Source of the DNA: Phyllosticta citribraziliensis
Taxonomy: Eukaryota
Direction of reading: 5' to 3'
Assembly (NCBI RefSeq): GCF_038025025.1
Contig: NW_027117353.1
Coordinates: 310,001 to 374,000 of the forward strand
DNA: 64,000 bases
Shown here: in pieces, positions 9,115-21,678 of the stretch
Position numbering within the stretch: the stretch's first letter is position 1
Layout of the letters: each line of letters opens with the position of its first letter
The notes under the pieces: model-generated
The model's database searches: none
The model's input: only the letters and a program-made list of their open reading frames with translations
What the model was told of the DNA's origin: nothing
Program-made: the position numbers and the translations under genes

Positions 9115-12100
9115 ATGGCTCCGGTGAAGCGTGGAGCCGACAGCGACCATGCTGGCTCCAAGAAGCAAAAGCACGCTGCCGACGACCGCGCCGCAAAGCG
9201 CCAGCGCAAATCCGACCCTGCACCCGCCGATGCAAAGACGCAGCCCGAATCGAAGACCGACAAGCCTGTCCCCGTTGCTTCTGTGCTGACGCAAGAAGAG
9301 CGCTCATTTCCTCGTGGCGGAGCGAGCGTCTTGACTCCTCTTGAACACAAACAAATTCAAAACGAAGCAACTCGCGATGTTCTCTTTGAGCAGTCCAACA
9401 AAAAGGCGGCCAAGGGAGATGAGAGTGACGACGATGTGGAAATGGGAGATGCGGGGGCCGACAAGGCCGCAAAAAAGAAGAAGAGCAAGAAGCGCAAGAG
9501 TGACGTTGGAAAGGAAAAGGAGGAGGGCATCAAGATTGAAAGTCTGACCCACAAAAGGCTTCAGCCAGGCTCAATGGTCCTCGGTCAGGTCACGCAAATT
9601 ACTTCCAAAGACGTCCAAGTTGCGCTACCGAACAACCTCGTCGGCTTCGTGCCCCTGACTGCCGTTTCCGACCAATTCACACAGAGGATAGAAGCATTGC
9701 TGGGCGAGGGTGACAAGAGCGACGCCGAAGATTCCGCAGACGAGGATGACATTGACCTCAAGGATGTGCTTAGGCTCGGACAGTATGTTCGTGCGGTAGT
9801 CACCTCCACTGGAGACGACTCGGCTCGCAAGAACAAGAAGCGCATCGAGCTGTCGATCAACCCCAAGGACGTCAACAGCCCCATATCGAAGCAAGATTTG
9901 GTCGTCAATGCCTTCGTCCAGGCCTCGGTCGCTAGTGTGGAGGATCACGGTCTTGTCATGGACCTCGGTCTGGCAAGTGGCGCCACCAAGGGTTTCATGT
10001 CCTCCAAGGAAGTCGGTTACAGCGTCGACTACAACAAGATCCAGCCAGGTGCTGTCTTTTTATGCATGGTTACCGGATCAAGCTCCAACGGAAAGATTGT
10101 CAAGCTCTCTGCCGACGCACAAAAGATTGGAAACGTCAAAAAGGCCAACGTATTAACCGTGGCACCCACAATCGATGCTTTCCAGCCTGGTGCAGCTGTT
10201 GATCTCCTAGTCACCGAATCAACCTCCTCAGGCCTAGCTGGCCAAATCATCGGCATGCTTGATGCCACCGCCGATATTGTGCACGCGGGTGCCGCTGAGA
10301 CGCAAAAGGACATTTCGCAAAGATACAAGGTTGGATCCAAGGTCAAGGCAAGAATCATCTGCACATTCCCGAGTGACGACCGCCGCAAACTTGGTGTCTC
10401 CCTCCTCAGCCACATCATGGCACTATCCCCTCGTCAGCCCGCCGACGAGAAAAAGGAACCCCTCGAGCTTTTGCCAGTTTCCTCCATCATCGAAGAAGCA
10501 AAAGTAACGCACGTGGAGCCGATGCTTGGCGTCTTTCTCGATGTTGGTATCAAGGGCGTACCTGGCTTCGCCCACATCTCCAGGCTCTCTGACGACAAGG
10601 TCGACTCCATTTCCGCACTCAGTGGCAAGTTCAAAATCAGCTCGACTCACCGTGCTCGTGTGGTAGCGTACAACCCACTCGACGGGCTCTTCCTGATTTC
10701 GCTTGAGAAGAAGATCCTGGAGCAACCCTTCCTTCGCGTCGAGGACGTCAAGGTTGGCCAGGTCGTCAAGGGCAAAGTCGAAAAGGTCATGATTACTGCC
10801 GTGGGATCTGGTGCTGTGATTGTGAACCTGGCCGAGGGCATCAATGGCGTTGTCTCCGAGACCCAGATTGCCGACGTGCAACTTAAGAATCCTGAAAAGA
10901 AGTTCAGGGAGGGCATGCCCGTTACTGCCAGAGTCCTTGCCATTGACACGGACAGGAGAAAGATCCGTTTGACTTTGAAGAAGACATTGGTCAACTCCGA
11001 GGCGCCGGCTTGGTCCTCTTACTCCGAAGTCGAGGAAGGGGACTCAGCCCCGGGCACCGTTATCAAATTGATGCCTGCAGGTGCTCTCGTCCAATTCTAT
11101 GGCAATCTCAAGGCATTCCTGCCTGTTGGTGAGATGAGCGAGGCCTACATCAAAGATCCTTCGGAACACTTCAGAGTTGGCCAGACAATCAACGTCCATG
11201 CGATTTCCATCGACGCCGAAAACGACAGGATGACCGTCTCGTGCAAGGATCCCTCGGCCCACAGTCCAGAGCAACAGGCCGCCTTCCAGGCACTTCAAAT
11301 CGGCAGCGTCGTCAAGGCTGCCGTGTCTCAGAAGTCAGTGGAACGTATTGATGTGGAGCTAGAAGGGTCCTCGATCAAGGGCATCCTGAGAGTCGGTCAA
11401 CTCACTGATGGTTCAGAGAAAAAGGAGGAGTCCATGGTGAAGAGAATCCGTGTCGGCCAGACCCTCGAAGACCTTTTGATTTTGGATAAATCTGACAAGA
11501 GACCCATTGTCTGGCTCACAAACAAGCCCAGTTTGCTTGCCGCTGCCAAGTCAGGAACTCTGCCTAGCAAGTTTGAAGATATCCGCGAAGGTCAGACTGT
11601 CAACGGCTTTGTCCAAAATGTTGATGGCCAGCGTGTCTTTGTCGAATTCGCTGGTCGCCTTCGCGGCGTGCTCCTCAAGACGCAAATGCCGCAGGAAATG
11701 GCCGACAAGGCCGATTACGGACTGCGTTCTTTTCAGTCAATCACAGCACGAGTTCTTGTCGTGGATGCAGCAAAGCAAAGGTTTTTGCTTACCAAGAAGG
11801 ACGAAAAGGACGCGGCTGCCTCCATGTCTGCACCTAGGAACGACAAGGCCAACAAGAATCTCGTCAATCCTGCCGACGAAACGATCAAGGATGTCTCGGA
11901 GTACACGCTTGGAAAGCTCACCAAAGCGCGGGTCACGAGCGTCAAGGAAACTCAGCTCAACGTCGCCCTCGCGGACAATGTGCTTGGTCGCATCGACATT
12001 TCGGAAGTGTTCAGCAAGTGGGAGGACATCAAGAACCGCAAGAACCCCCTCGCGCAATTCAAGACCAAGCCCATTCTGCCCGTTCGGATCATTGGTGTCC

Positions 12101-14592
12101 ACGATGTCAAGAATCACAAGTTCCTTCCTATTTCGCACCGCAGTGCAAAGACATCAGTCTTTGAAATGACGGCGAAGACGGAAACGGAGCTTTCCAGCGA
12201 GGACGACCTGCTCTCCTTGGATAAGCTCAAGGTCGGCTCGAGTCACATTGCTTTTGTAAACAACATTGGCGAAAACTGCGTCTGGGTGCATATTTCGCCC
12301 GTCGTCCGTGGCCGCATCGATCTCATGGATCTCTCCAACGATGTTTCGCTGCTCAGTGACGTGGCTGCCAACTTTCCCATTGGATCGGCTCTCAAGGTTC
12401 GCGTCAAGAGCGTCGACGTCTCGGCCAACCGCCTTGATCTCACTGCCACCTCGGACTCGGTCGTCAAGCCTACTAGCCTCAAGGACCTTTCCCCCGGCTC
12501 GGTGCTGCCTGGCCGAGTGACCAAGGTCAGCGAACGCAACATCATGGTTCAACTGTCTGACAGCATCTCTGGACCAGTCACTCTGACTGAATTTTCCGAC
12601 GACTACGCCCAAGCAAACCCTACCATCTACAAGAAAAATCAGATCGTCCGCGTCTGTGTTCTCGAAGTAGATGCGCCTAACAAGAAGCTGGTCCTGTCTA
12701 TGCGTCCCTCCAAGATCCTCAGCTCTTCGCTGCCGGTCAAGGACCCTCACGTTGCCAACATTCGCCAGCTCAAGGTCAACGATGTTGTGCGTGGCTTTGT
12801 CAAGAACGTGGCCGACAAGGGTCTGTTCGTCTCCCTGGGTCCCAATGTTACCGCGTTTGTTCGCATCTCCGACTTGTCAGACTCTTACATCAAAGACTGG
12901 AAGTCGGCATTCGAGGTCGACCAGCTGGTCAAGGGCAAGGTCATTTCGCTTGATCCGGCGCTCAACCATGTGCAGTTGACCCTCAAGGCGAGCATGCTCG
13001 ACAAGGACTACGTTGCACCTCTTGCCTTCAGCGATCTCAAGCCTCGCATGGTGGTCACTGGCAAGGTTCGAAAGGTTGAAGACTTTGGAGTCTTTGTCGT
13101 CTTTGACAACTCCAACAACGTCAGTGGACTGTGCCATCGGAGCCAAATCGCGGATCAGCCGGTGGAAGACTGCAAGAAGCTGTACAGTGAGGGCGACAAG
13201 GTCAAGGCCGTTGTCTTGAGCGTTGACCGTCAAAAGCACAAGGTCAGCCTTGGTCTCAAGGCCAGCTACTTCAAGAATGACGACGAGGAAGAAAGTGAAG
13301 ACGAAGACGAAGACGAAGACGACGAGGGCGGCGTTGAAATTGAAGATGACAGCGATTCGGACGAGGATGCCATGGAGGGCGTCGAGATTGACATGTCCAA
13401 GGTCAAGGATATGGAAAGCAGTGATGACGAGGATGAGGAAGAAGACGAAATGGACGTGGATGAAAAGCCCTCCAAGCCCGTCAACGGACTCAGCACATCT
13501 GGCTTTGACTGGACTGGCGCCACTCTTGAGCAGAACAAGACTACCGCCAATGAGCACGATTCAGACGAGGACGCTGCTGCGCCCAAGAAAAAGAAGAAGA
13601 AGCCGACCATCGTCGAGGACCGGACAGGCGACCTCGATGCCAACGGCCCTCAGTCCGTTGCCGACTTTGAGCGTCTGCTTCTCGGAGACCCCAACAACAG
13701 CACCCTCTGGATGCAGTACATGGCTTTCCAAATCGGCCTCAACGAAGTCCAAAAGGCTCGCGAGATTGCCGAGAGGGCCCTCAAGACGATCCACATGCGC
13801 GAGGAGGAGGACAAGCTCAACATGTGGACGGCGCTGCTCAACTTGGAGATTGAACAGGGCGACGAGGAGAGGGTCGAGGAGGTCTTTGGCCGCGCGTGCA
13901 AGTACTGCGACAAGGAAGAGATCCACAACCGCCTGCTGAGCATCTACACGTCCACAGGCCGGTACCAGGCAAGTTAGCCCGTTCATCAACTTAACGAAGA
14001 CTTGAACTAACCGACGAAACAGAAAGCCGAGGACCTCTTCCAGAAAATGTCCAAGAACAAGTCCCTCACGCCCAACCCGTCCTTCTGGCTCAACTACGCC
14101 ACCTTCCTGCTTACGACGCTCAACGAGCCGGCGCGTGCCCGCGCCCTGCTGCCCCGCGCCCTGCAATCCATCCCGCCAAAGCCGCAACACGCGCGCCACC
14201 TCACCGCCAAATTCGCCGCGCTCGAATTCCAATCACCGCACGGCGACGCCGAGCGCGGCCGCACGGTCTTCGAAGGGCTCCTCTCAACGTACCCCAAGCG
14301 CTGGGACCTGTGGGACATGCTGGTCGACCTGGAGAAGTCGCTGATGAAGCAAGCCGGCAAGAGCCAGGGCGCCAAGGACAACGTCAGCAAGTTGTACGAG
14401 CGCATGGCGGGCATGAAGATGAAGGCTAAGCGCGCGCGCTTCGTCTTCCGCAAGTGGGCTGAGTGGGAGGAGAAGGAGGGCGGCAAGAAGAGCCTGGAGC
14501 GCGTCCGCGCGCTCGCTGAGGAGTATGCTGAGAAGCTGCGCAAGGCCAAGGAGGCTGGTGGCGATGAGGACGGCAGCGATGGCGACGAGTAA
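9115..14592 (+). CDS. RRP5: rRNA biogenesis protein Rrp5 (tandem S1 domains plus C-terminal HAT repeats; GC-AG intron 13969-14022)
   Basis: N-terminal SFPRGGASVLTPLE, many S1 repeats, an acidic linker, then PQSVADFERLLLGDPNNSTLWMQYMAFQ and FAALEF...GDAERGRTVFEGLLSTYPKRWDLW HAT repeats. Confidence 0.95.
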
Positions 14593-15197
14593 ATACATCG
14601 TCGTTGTCGCGTGGGAGAGAGCTTAAAAGTCGGGTTGGGCGGCCGGCGTATTGGTGTCTTGTATTCGCATGGCATGGCATGGCATGTGGCATAACTTGCT
14701 AGATGGGTCCGTCTTAAAAGCATGGTATATACAATGTTTTTGTAGTTTGATTTGCCTTTCTCTTGAATGCCTTTGCCTTCGCACGTGCTCCCTCTTCAAG
14801 TATCTCGACAGATTCGAAGAGTTCTGCTATCCATTGCGGACACTAGTACGCCCGATACACGGCAATAAAGTACAAACGAACGATCGGACGATAAATTAGC
14901 AAGCACGCAAAAACCAACGGCGGCCTTTTCCTTCCTCTCACTAATCCATCACCCCGCCTCCCATCCCAGCTATCTGAACAACACTTGGTCCGCTCAAGGC
15001 TACATCCACGCATCCATCCATCATACAGTAGTGGAGAACCTCAAAACCAAGACGCACGTGTTTGTCTCTCATATCCCTCTCTTTAGCCCCCCTTCAAATC
15101 TGAGCCATCTCGCCTACTACCATCATAAGTAGTAGTACATCATCCCAATGATCGCTGCCGCTTTTCAAACCCCCTTTTGCCCCCCGCCAGGCTCTTC

Positions 15198-18100
15198 TCA
15201 CGTGGCCCCCTGCCCAAGCGTGCCCAGCCACCCCTGGACAACCTCGACGACGCGGCCCTGCAAGAACGGCTTCGAAAGCACCACGTCGGCGCCCGCCGCG
15301 TGCGCGTCCTCCTCCTCTGAGCGCGACGCCAGCGCCGTGAGGGCGACGACGAGGGCCCCCGGCGACAATGAATCGCCGGAGTGGTGGCACGAGCGAGATG
15401 GCGGCTGCTGGGGTTCCGCGGGCAATGAGGATGGTTTTGGGGAGGGCGCCACGGTGGCAGGGGGAAGTGGTGGGGAGGGGCGGTGGCGTGGTCGTGATTC
15501 GATGGCTCGGATGGCGCGGGTCGCGGCGAAGCCGTCGAGGATGGGCATCATCATGTCTGGTGAGTTTGTTTGCGTCAGTTTGTGTGGAATGCGTGCGTGG
15601 TTGATCGATGCGGAGAGTAAAGCGGGCGAGGGTTCGTAGGAAGATTCCACACTGGAAGAAGAGTGTGGAAGAAGAGTGTGGAAGAGGGAAGGGGAGGGAA
15701 ACGGGTGGCGGAGCTCGTTGCATGATTCTGGCCTGGCGCATTCCCCGAGTGAATCCACCTACCCATAAAGACAATGTCGAACGCTGAGCCCTGTCCATGC
15801 GCTCGCTCAAAGGCGTCGACCGCCTGCTCCCCGTTGCGCACCATCTCGTAGTTCACAAAGCCATGCTTTTGCATAATCCTGCCCAGCAGCATCAGATTGA
15901 CTTCGTTGTCGTCGACGAGCAGCAGACGCGGACGTGCCGAGGAAGGTTGCTCTTGATGCTGTTGACCCTCCACCGCCGTCGCCGTCGTGCTGCTCAGCCT
16001 GGTTCCAGTCGTGGGCGTGGTGATGGGCGAATCGTATTGACTATCCCGCTTGCGACCATCTGGCGGAGGAATGACTGGCGGCGAGGCCGAGTGAGTGAGT
16101 TGGGGTACTTGCGTGAGCAGTGGCGTTGGATTTGCTTGCTTCCCATTACCCTGCACTAAGTTCTCGCAGTACCGTGGACGCTTGGTCGGGGAAGGGGCGT
16201 AGTACGGATCCGGGGACGGTGGGTCGACGTCCATGCGCTCCGGGGGTGGAAAGGTTGACTGAAAGTGTATGGATTTGCTCGACAGAGGATTGCCATATGG
16301 ATCCTCCAGACACGCAAAGAGGGATTTGGCGAGCTTGTTGGGGCCAAGCGGACGGCAGGCCGTCTTTTGAACTCGAAAGCTGAATTCAAAGGCCGCCGAA
16401 GTGCGCCGCAAGGAGGGACTCACGCCAATGCCGAGTAATGCCACTCTTCCAGCTTCGCACTGAAGCTTGGCACTTTCTGCAATGTACTGGTCTGTCTGCT
16501 CCACAATCAGTATGTCGGGCTCGCAGACTTCCTCTTCTGGATCCAGGACGGTTGCTTGAAACCAGTCGCGCAAGTACATGTTCAAAGAGTCCTTGATCAT
16601 CGGCGGGAGCCCCAAAATAGCCACTTTCGGCTGTTTCTTTCTGAGAAGAGAAATGGCGCGGTCAGCTGATGTAATGGCAGTGCTTGAATTGCAAACACTG
16701 CCCTCAACCATCGGGATTGAAATGGAAATGCTGCTGCCTTTGCGTGGCTGGCTGCGGACGTGAATCTTGCCGTCCAAAAGCGCGACGAGACTCTTGACGA
16801 TTGACATGCCCAAACCGACACCTTGGCTCGCCATGCCAGAGTCTTCTTGTGTGAACGGGACAAAGAGGTGTTTCTCCAGGAAATCTCGGGACATGCCTTT
16901 TCCTGAGTCCGTGACAGTAAAGACTACGTGTTTCACGTTGTCTTTGACGGAACTCACAGAATCTTCCAAGACGTTGTTCCTGTTCCACACCGTCTTCGGA
17001 CTGACGATGGGCGAGCAGGGCGATTCGGTCAGTTCTCGATCTGCGGCGTTGTCGGAGCTCGAGGGCTTATCGAAGCTTTGTCCTTCTTTGACGTGAAGAG
17101 AGACGCCGACGAACCCTTTGGAGGTGTACTTGAGCGCGTTGCCAATAATGTTGGACATGATCCGGCGGAGTGCTCCAGGCTCAGTCAGAAACCTCCAATT
17201 ATCCCGCCATTGGATGTCCAGAGTGACTACCACGTCCTCCATCGAATTCGGGTTGTTGTAGACGTGCCCGCCGGCCGTCACCTCGACCGTTTCCTCACAC
17301 AGGGTGGCAATATCAGTGGCGGATAATATCCCGTAGCTAGTGCGATCAGATATGTTGCAAATCTCCGATGAAAACTGGTTCTGGCCATAAGCTTCTGGTC
17401 TCTTTCGGCGGCGTTGAAACTGATTTATCTGTGCGTAGGATAGGACGCTGCTCAGTGTATCGTGTAGCGTAGTCCCGCACGACCGGATGCTTTCAGCTAG
17501 TCCTTGCTGGAAGCTATCTAGCTGTGTTTCTCCAAAAAGTTCGACGGCACCGAGGATCCCATGAAGAGGTGTTCTGAGCTCGTGGCTGACTGCGGATACA
17601 AAGGCTTCCTGTTGTTTGACTGCCGCGACCGTATCTAGACGGGATATTTCGGCTTCGACGGCATGCAAGAAGCCACGAAGTGGTCTAATGTCAGAGCCTG
17701 GCGTGAAAATGGGAGATGGTTGCTTTGTCCAAGCAAAACATCCCGCCAGGAGCTTGAGACTGATCGGATCCATCAAAGGGGAGAATATCAACTGGCGGGC
17801 CTCGGGAAACGCACGACACAGTTGCGCGACGTCATCTCGAGGATGAGCTGGTTGCAATTCTTCACCGAAAAAGGTAAAGGGTTTGTGGTTCTCTTCAATG
17901 TACCAAATGTTTCCACATGGATACCTTTCGACAAGAAGTTGAAGGAATCTTTCGTCGATGTGATTCAGTCCGAAGCCAGTGTCAGCTGGCTCTTTTGTAC
18001 AGGGTTGACCGTAGGAATCCTTCGACCAAAAACCAAGGCTTTCTCCAGGGTGTCTGGCGAAGTTCTTCTTGTGGTAGTCTGTGCTGGCGAAAATCCTCTC

Positions 18101-19320
18101 GCCGGGGGACTCGCTCCGTTGACGACGTTGTTGTGATTTGTATGAGCGAGAATGGCTTTGGCCAATGAGTGATGGTCTTCTCTGAAGTGTCAAGTCCGCG
18201 GATCTTGACCTTGGCTTTCGAGCAGCATCCGCACTGAATCCTTGGTCCGGTTCTGCTGCCGAGGTATAGGATCCTTTCAAATTGACAACGCCATTGACGA
18301 ACAAAACACCGTCCACATCCAAGGCTTCTCCAAGTGACTCTGCAGCTCTTCGAAAAACGCTCTGGTAGGTTGTTTCTGGGGATTGCTTGAGAGGGCTTTC
18401 GTTAGGTTTCGAACGTTCGTCGGACATGTGTGAAGTTTCGAACTGCTCGTTTGATGAAGTTGCAGCATTTGGACCGGGCGTTGATCGCGTCAGGGCATCG
18501 TCGTTCTGGTTCGCCATGGCCATGCCTTCACATGCTGACGAACTGCGGTATTTGCTCCAGGAACCCAAACTTGGACGCTTTTCATGCACTTTTGAAAACA
18601 ACGATCGATACTGGATGAAGGAGCCAAGGCTTCCACAGATGCGGTCAACGCGCTGGCGAAGATAGATTTGCCGAGTACTTTCCAATTGAGACATACACTT
18701 GTTGGCCACCGAAACCAAAAACTCCAGGTCGTCGGCAGAGACACTAACTCGACCCATCGAATTGTCGACAACGAACAGCGTCCCTATTTGGATCCCAAGT
18801 TTTGTGGTTAGGGGAGCAGCAGCATAGTGCCTCAAGTGTGGGGCATCGGAGACGCACGGCAAGTCGGCCGTCCGTTCGTGGTGCATCAGGTCAACGGCAA
18901 AGGCTCCATTGGCCAGCAGAGGCCCGGGTGCCTGTACAATTGCTCGTCGTGCCAACCACAGCCAGGTCTCTCTGTCTGCTTCTGACCTTGCCAACCGCAA
19001 GGTGTCGGGATTGCTGCTCGTCCGTCCCCAATTGCCAGCCACGAGTCTTTGGGATCTGCCATCGCTCAGATTTACAAAGGCCCCAAAGACGTTGAGTTGG
19101 GTGGCAATAACCTGTGCGAAGGCGTCCAGGGCGTTGCAAACATCGGATGACTCTGGAGGACAGGAATCGAGGCCTAGCAGGCTCTCACGTCCAGCAGGAT
19201 GAGAAGGGAATTGGCCAGTGTCCGTGTATCTCAATTGAACGGTCAGCAAGACACGACTCCAGGATTGGAGCCAGAAAAGACCAACTTGCGGAGCTCATGG
19301 CTGATGATTGTGGCAATCAT
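15198..19320 (-). CDS. Hybrid histidine kinase (GAF, HisKA, HATPase, degenerate REC, REC); intron 15557-15762; 5' exon uncertain
   Basis: GAF (LRHYAAAPLTTKLGIQIGTLFVVD), H-box VSHELRTPLHGILG, N-box NIIGNALKYT, G1 VTDSGKGMS, F-box LFVPFTQE and G2 GVGLGMSIV. The REC domain reads LLLVDDNEVN...IVFM|D MMMPILDG...VALTA...LSKP after splicing. The start at ATG 19320 (MIATIISHELRK) needs a short intron with a weak acceptor, so it is tentative. Confidence 0.88.
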
Positions 19321-20358
19321 TCAGGCAGCGCAGCTCGAGAACAGGCCTCGATGTAGAAAGACTTGGAGCCAGGTTGTTGTCATTGAGAGAACATTTCGCA
19401 AGAGGCCAGAGGGACGGATGATGGAGCTGAAAAGATGGTGCAGCGTTTCGGAGAAAACAGAAACCGAAAACACGGTAGAAGGGTGGTAAAGGTTTGGACC
19501 AAAATATTTAACCCTTGGATCAACATCACAAAGAACAGAGGCAATGACATGCCAAATGTGCACGTTGACGTCAATCGGCAGCCTTAGCGGCGCGGGAGGA
19601 CGCGCCCGGCAGGACGGCCGCCCTGGCTAAGCTGATGCTGCAGCAATAATCGATCCACTGTTGCTGCTCCAAACCAATCTCGGTAGCCTGTGCCCCGGAA
19701 GCATGCCTGGATGATCGTCATTGCGCAGGACGGGTCCATCAGACGGCATTCCAAAGACGACGTCCCGGACGGCGACAGCGGCAGAGACGAGAGGCGCACA
19801 GAGAAAGGGAAAAAAGCCGCTGCAGACAAGAAGAAGAGAGTCGAACGAGACAAGACGGAACGGCTCACAGCCAACTGCGGCAGAGCGAAACAGCAGGGAA
19901 AGACACGGGGAGACTCGAATCAAAGGGAGGGGAGAAAGAAGTCAAGACAGTCCCTGGCTAACCACCCAGCAGCTCGGTGGTCAGAGCCCTGCGTGACGCA
20001 TGCCCCCCACCGATGTCATTGCACATGTTCCATCGAGGAAAAAAGGGTCCTCTCCCGCAGACATTGGCCCACAGGCCAGAGTTGAAAAAGAAGATGATGA
20101 GTGCGTGTCGCGGCCAGGTGAATCTTGACAAAGTCATGAGAAACGTTGAGATGCAGCGGGGAGAGTTGGATGGACACCATGTTGGCCGGGCGAGCCATGA
20201 CGCACTAACCGCCGCCGCCTCCAGTCGGCCGTCCTCTCCGCTGGTTCCCTCTCTTCCCCAACCACCACTGCTCGCAGCCATCGATCGCATCGCCGCCACG
20301 CTTCTGATTCGTTTGCGTTGCAAGGGAGTTTGCCTTCGCTGCTGGGCCCTGTCGCGCC

Positions 20359-21678
20359 ATGGGCCGTACCGAACCCACCATTGTCAAACCGCCCCAGTCC
20401 TTTCGCCGCCAAGTTCGCTCCAGACAGGCCAAGGCCACCGTCAACAAGTGCGTCCCGGAAATCCTCAAGTCCTGCCCTCGCGCTCGGCGAGGCATTGGTG
20501 CTGCCGAGCTCATAGTGGACCCGCCGCCCCAAGGCGCATCAAGAGTAACCCCAAAGCCCCCGGTCAAGACCAAGGGCAGCAAGAGAAGGCCCCATCACAG
20601 TCATGACGAGCACCGTGACCATGTTGCCGAAGCAGACGGGAGCCACCATGCCATGTCCAACGCTCCACCGCATATACGGCTCCAAGCGGCAGAAACGCTT
20701 GAAGCCGCGACCCTTCTGGCCTCGTCTCCCACTGCAAAGCAATCTCGCACGGCCGTCCTCAACATGGCGTCACCCTTGCGCCCTGGCGGTGGCCTCTTCA
20801 ATGGTGCCACTTCGCAAGAAGAGAGCCTCTGCATGCGCACAACCCTCTACCCGTCCCTCCAAGAAGCCTTCTACCGCCTCCCCGAGGTAGGCGCCATCTA
20901 CACACCCGACGTCCTCGTGTTCCGTCACTGGGACGAAGACGCCCGCGACCTGAACAAGAGAGACCGCTTCTTCGTTGATGTCATCTCTGCTGGCATGCTC
21001 AGATTTCCTGACCTAGATGGCGGCGGTGAAGACGACGACGACGACGCGCCAAAGCGCTACGCCTCTCCGCGAGACCGCGAGCTTGTCATCAGCAATATGC
21101 GCGCCGTCTTGCGGATTGCGCGCGCAAAGGGCGTCGATAGACTAGTCCTCGGCGCTTGGGGATGCGGCGCATACGGGAACCCCGTGGGCGAGATAGCCAG
21201 GGCCTGGCAGACCGTCTTGCGGGGCGGCGAAGGCAAGAAGAGAGCAAGCGCCAGCGAAAGCTGGGGACCACTCGAAGTCGTCTTTGCCATCAGAGATAGG
21301 CGCATGGCTGAAGACTTTGCGGCGTGCTTCTCTCCTCGCCTTGTCGTTGAGGAGTCACCTTGTAGGAATACTGCCAGCACTGCGTGCGATGATGTCACAT
21401 GCGACGATGGCGAGACGGCCGCAGTCAATGAGATGCGGGAGAAGATTGCAGAGATAGAAGCTCAAATGGCCCAATCCCGTGTGCCCGGCCTCAAGGCGCG
21501 GTTGGAGGACATACTGGCGGGGTTGAAGAGCCAACTTGGGGAGCACGTTGGACCAGATGGTGACGACGCTGGATCCATCGACGATGATGGCAGTGAACAG
21601 GAATACGCAGACGAGCACGATCACCATGTCCTCTCCGATGACGCGCTCGGAGGAGCTTCTGATGGCTCGGACGACTGA
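20359..21678 (+). CDS. Microbial-type poly(ADP-ribose) glycohydrolase (DUF2263/TIGR02452 macrodomain family)
   Basis: Intronless 439-aa ORF with AVLNMAS...PGGGLFNGATSQEESLC (GGG-X6-QEE PARG signature), IYTPDVLVFR and LVLGAWGCGAYGNP. Confidence 0.85.
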   Translation: MGRTEPTIVKPPQSFRRQVRSRQAKATVNKCVPEILKSCPRARRGIGAAELIVDPPPQGASRVTPKPPVKTKGSKRRPHHSHDEHRDHVAEADGSHHAMSNAPPHIRLQAAETLEAATLLASSPTAKQSRTAVLNMASPLRPGGGLFNGATSQEESLCMRTTLYPSLQEAFYRLPEVGAIYTPDVLVFRHWDEDARDLNKRDRFFVDVISAGMLRFPDLDGGGEDDDDDAPKRYASPRDRELVISNMRAVLRIARAKGVDRLVLGAWGCGAYGNPVGEIARAWQTVLRGGEGKKRASASESWGPLEVVFAIRDRRMAEDFAACFSPRLVVEESPCRNTASTACDDVTCDDGETAAVNEMREKIAEIEAQMAQSRVPGLKARLEDILAGLKSQLGEHVGPDGDDAGSIDDDGSEQEYADEHDHHVLSDDALGGASDGSDD

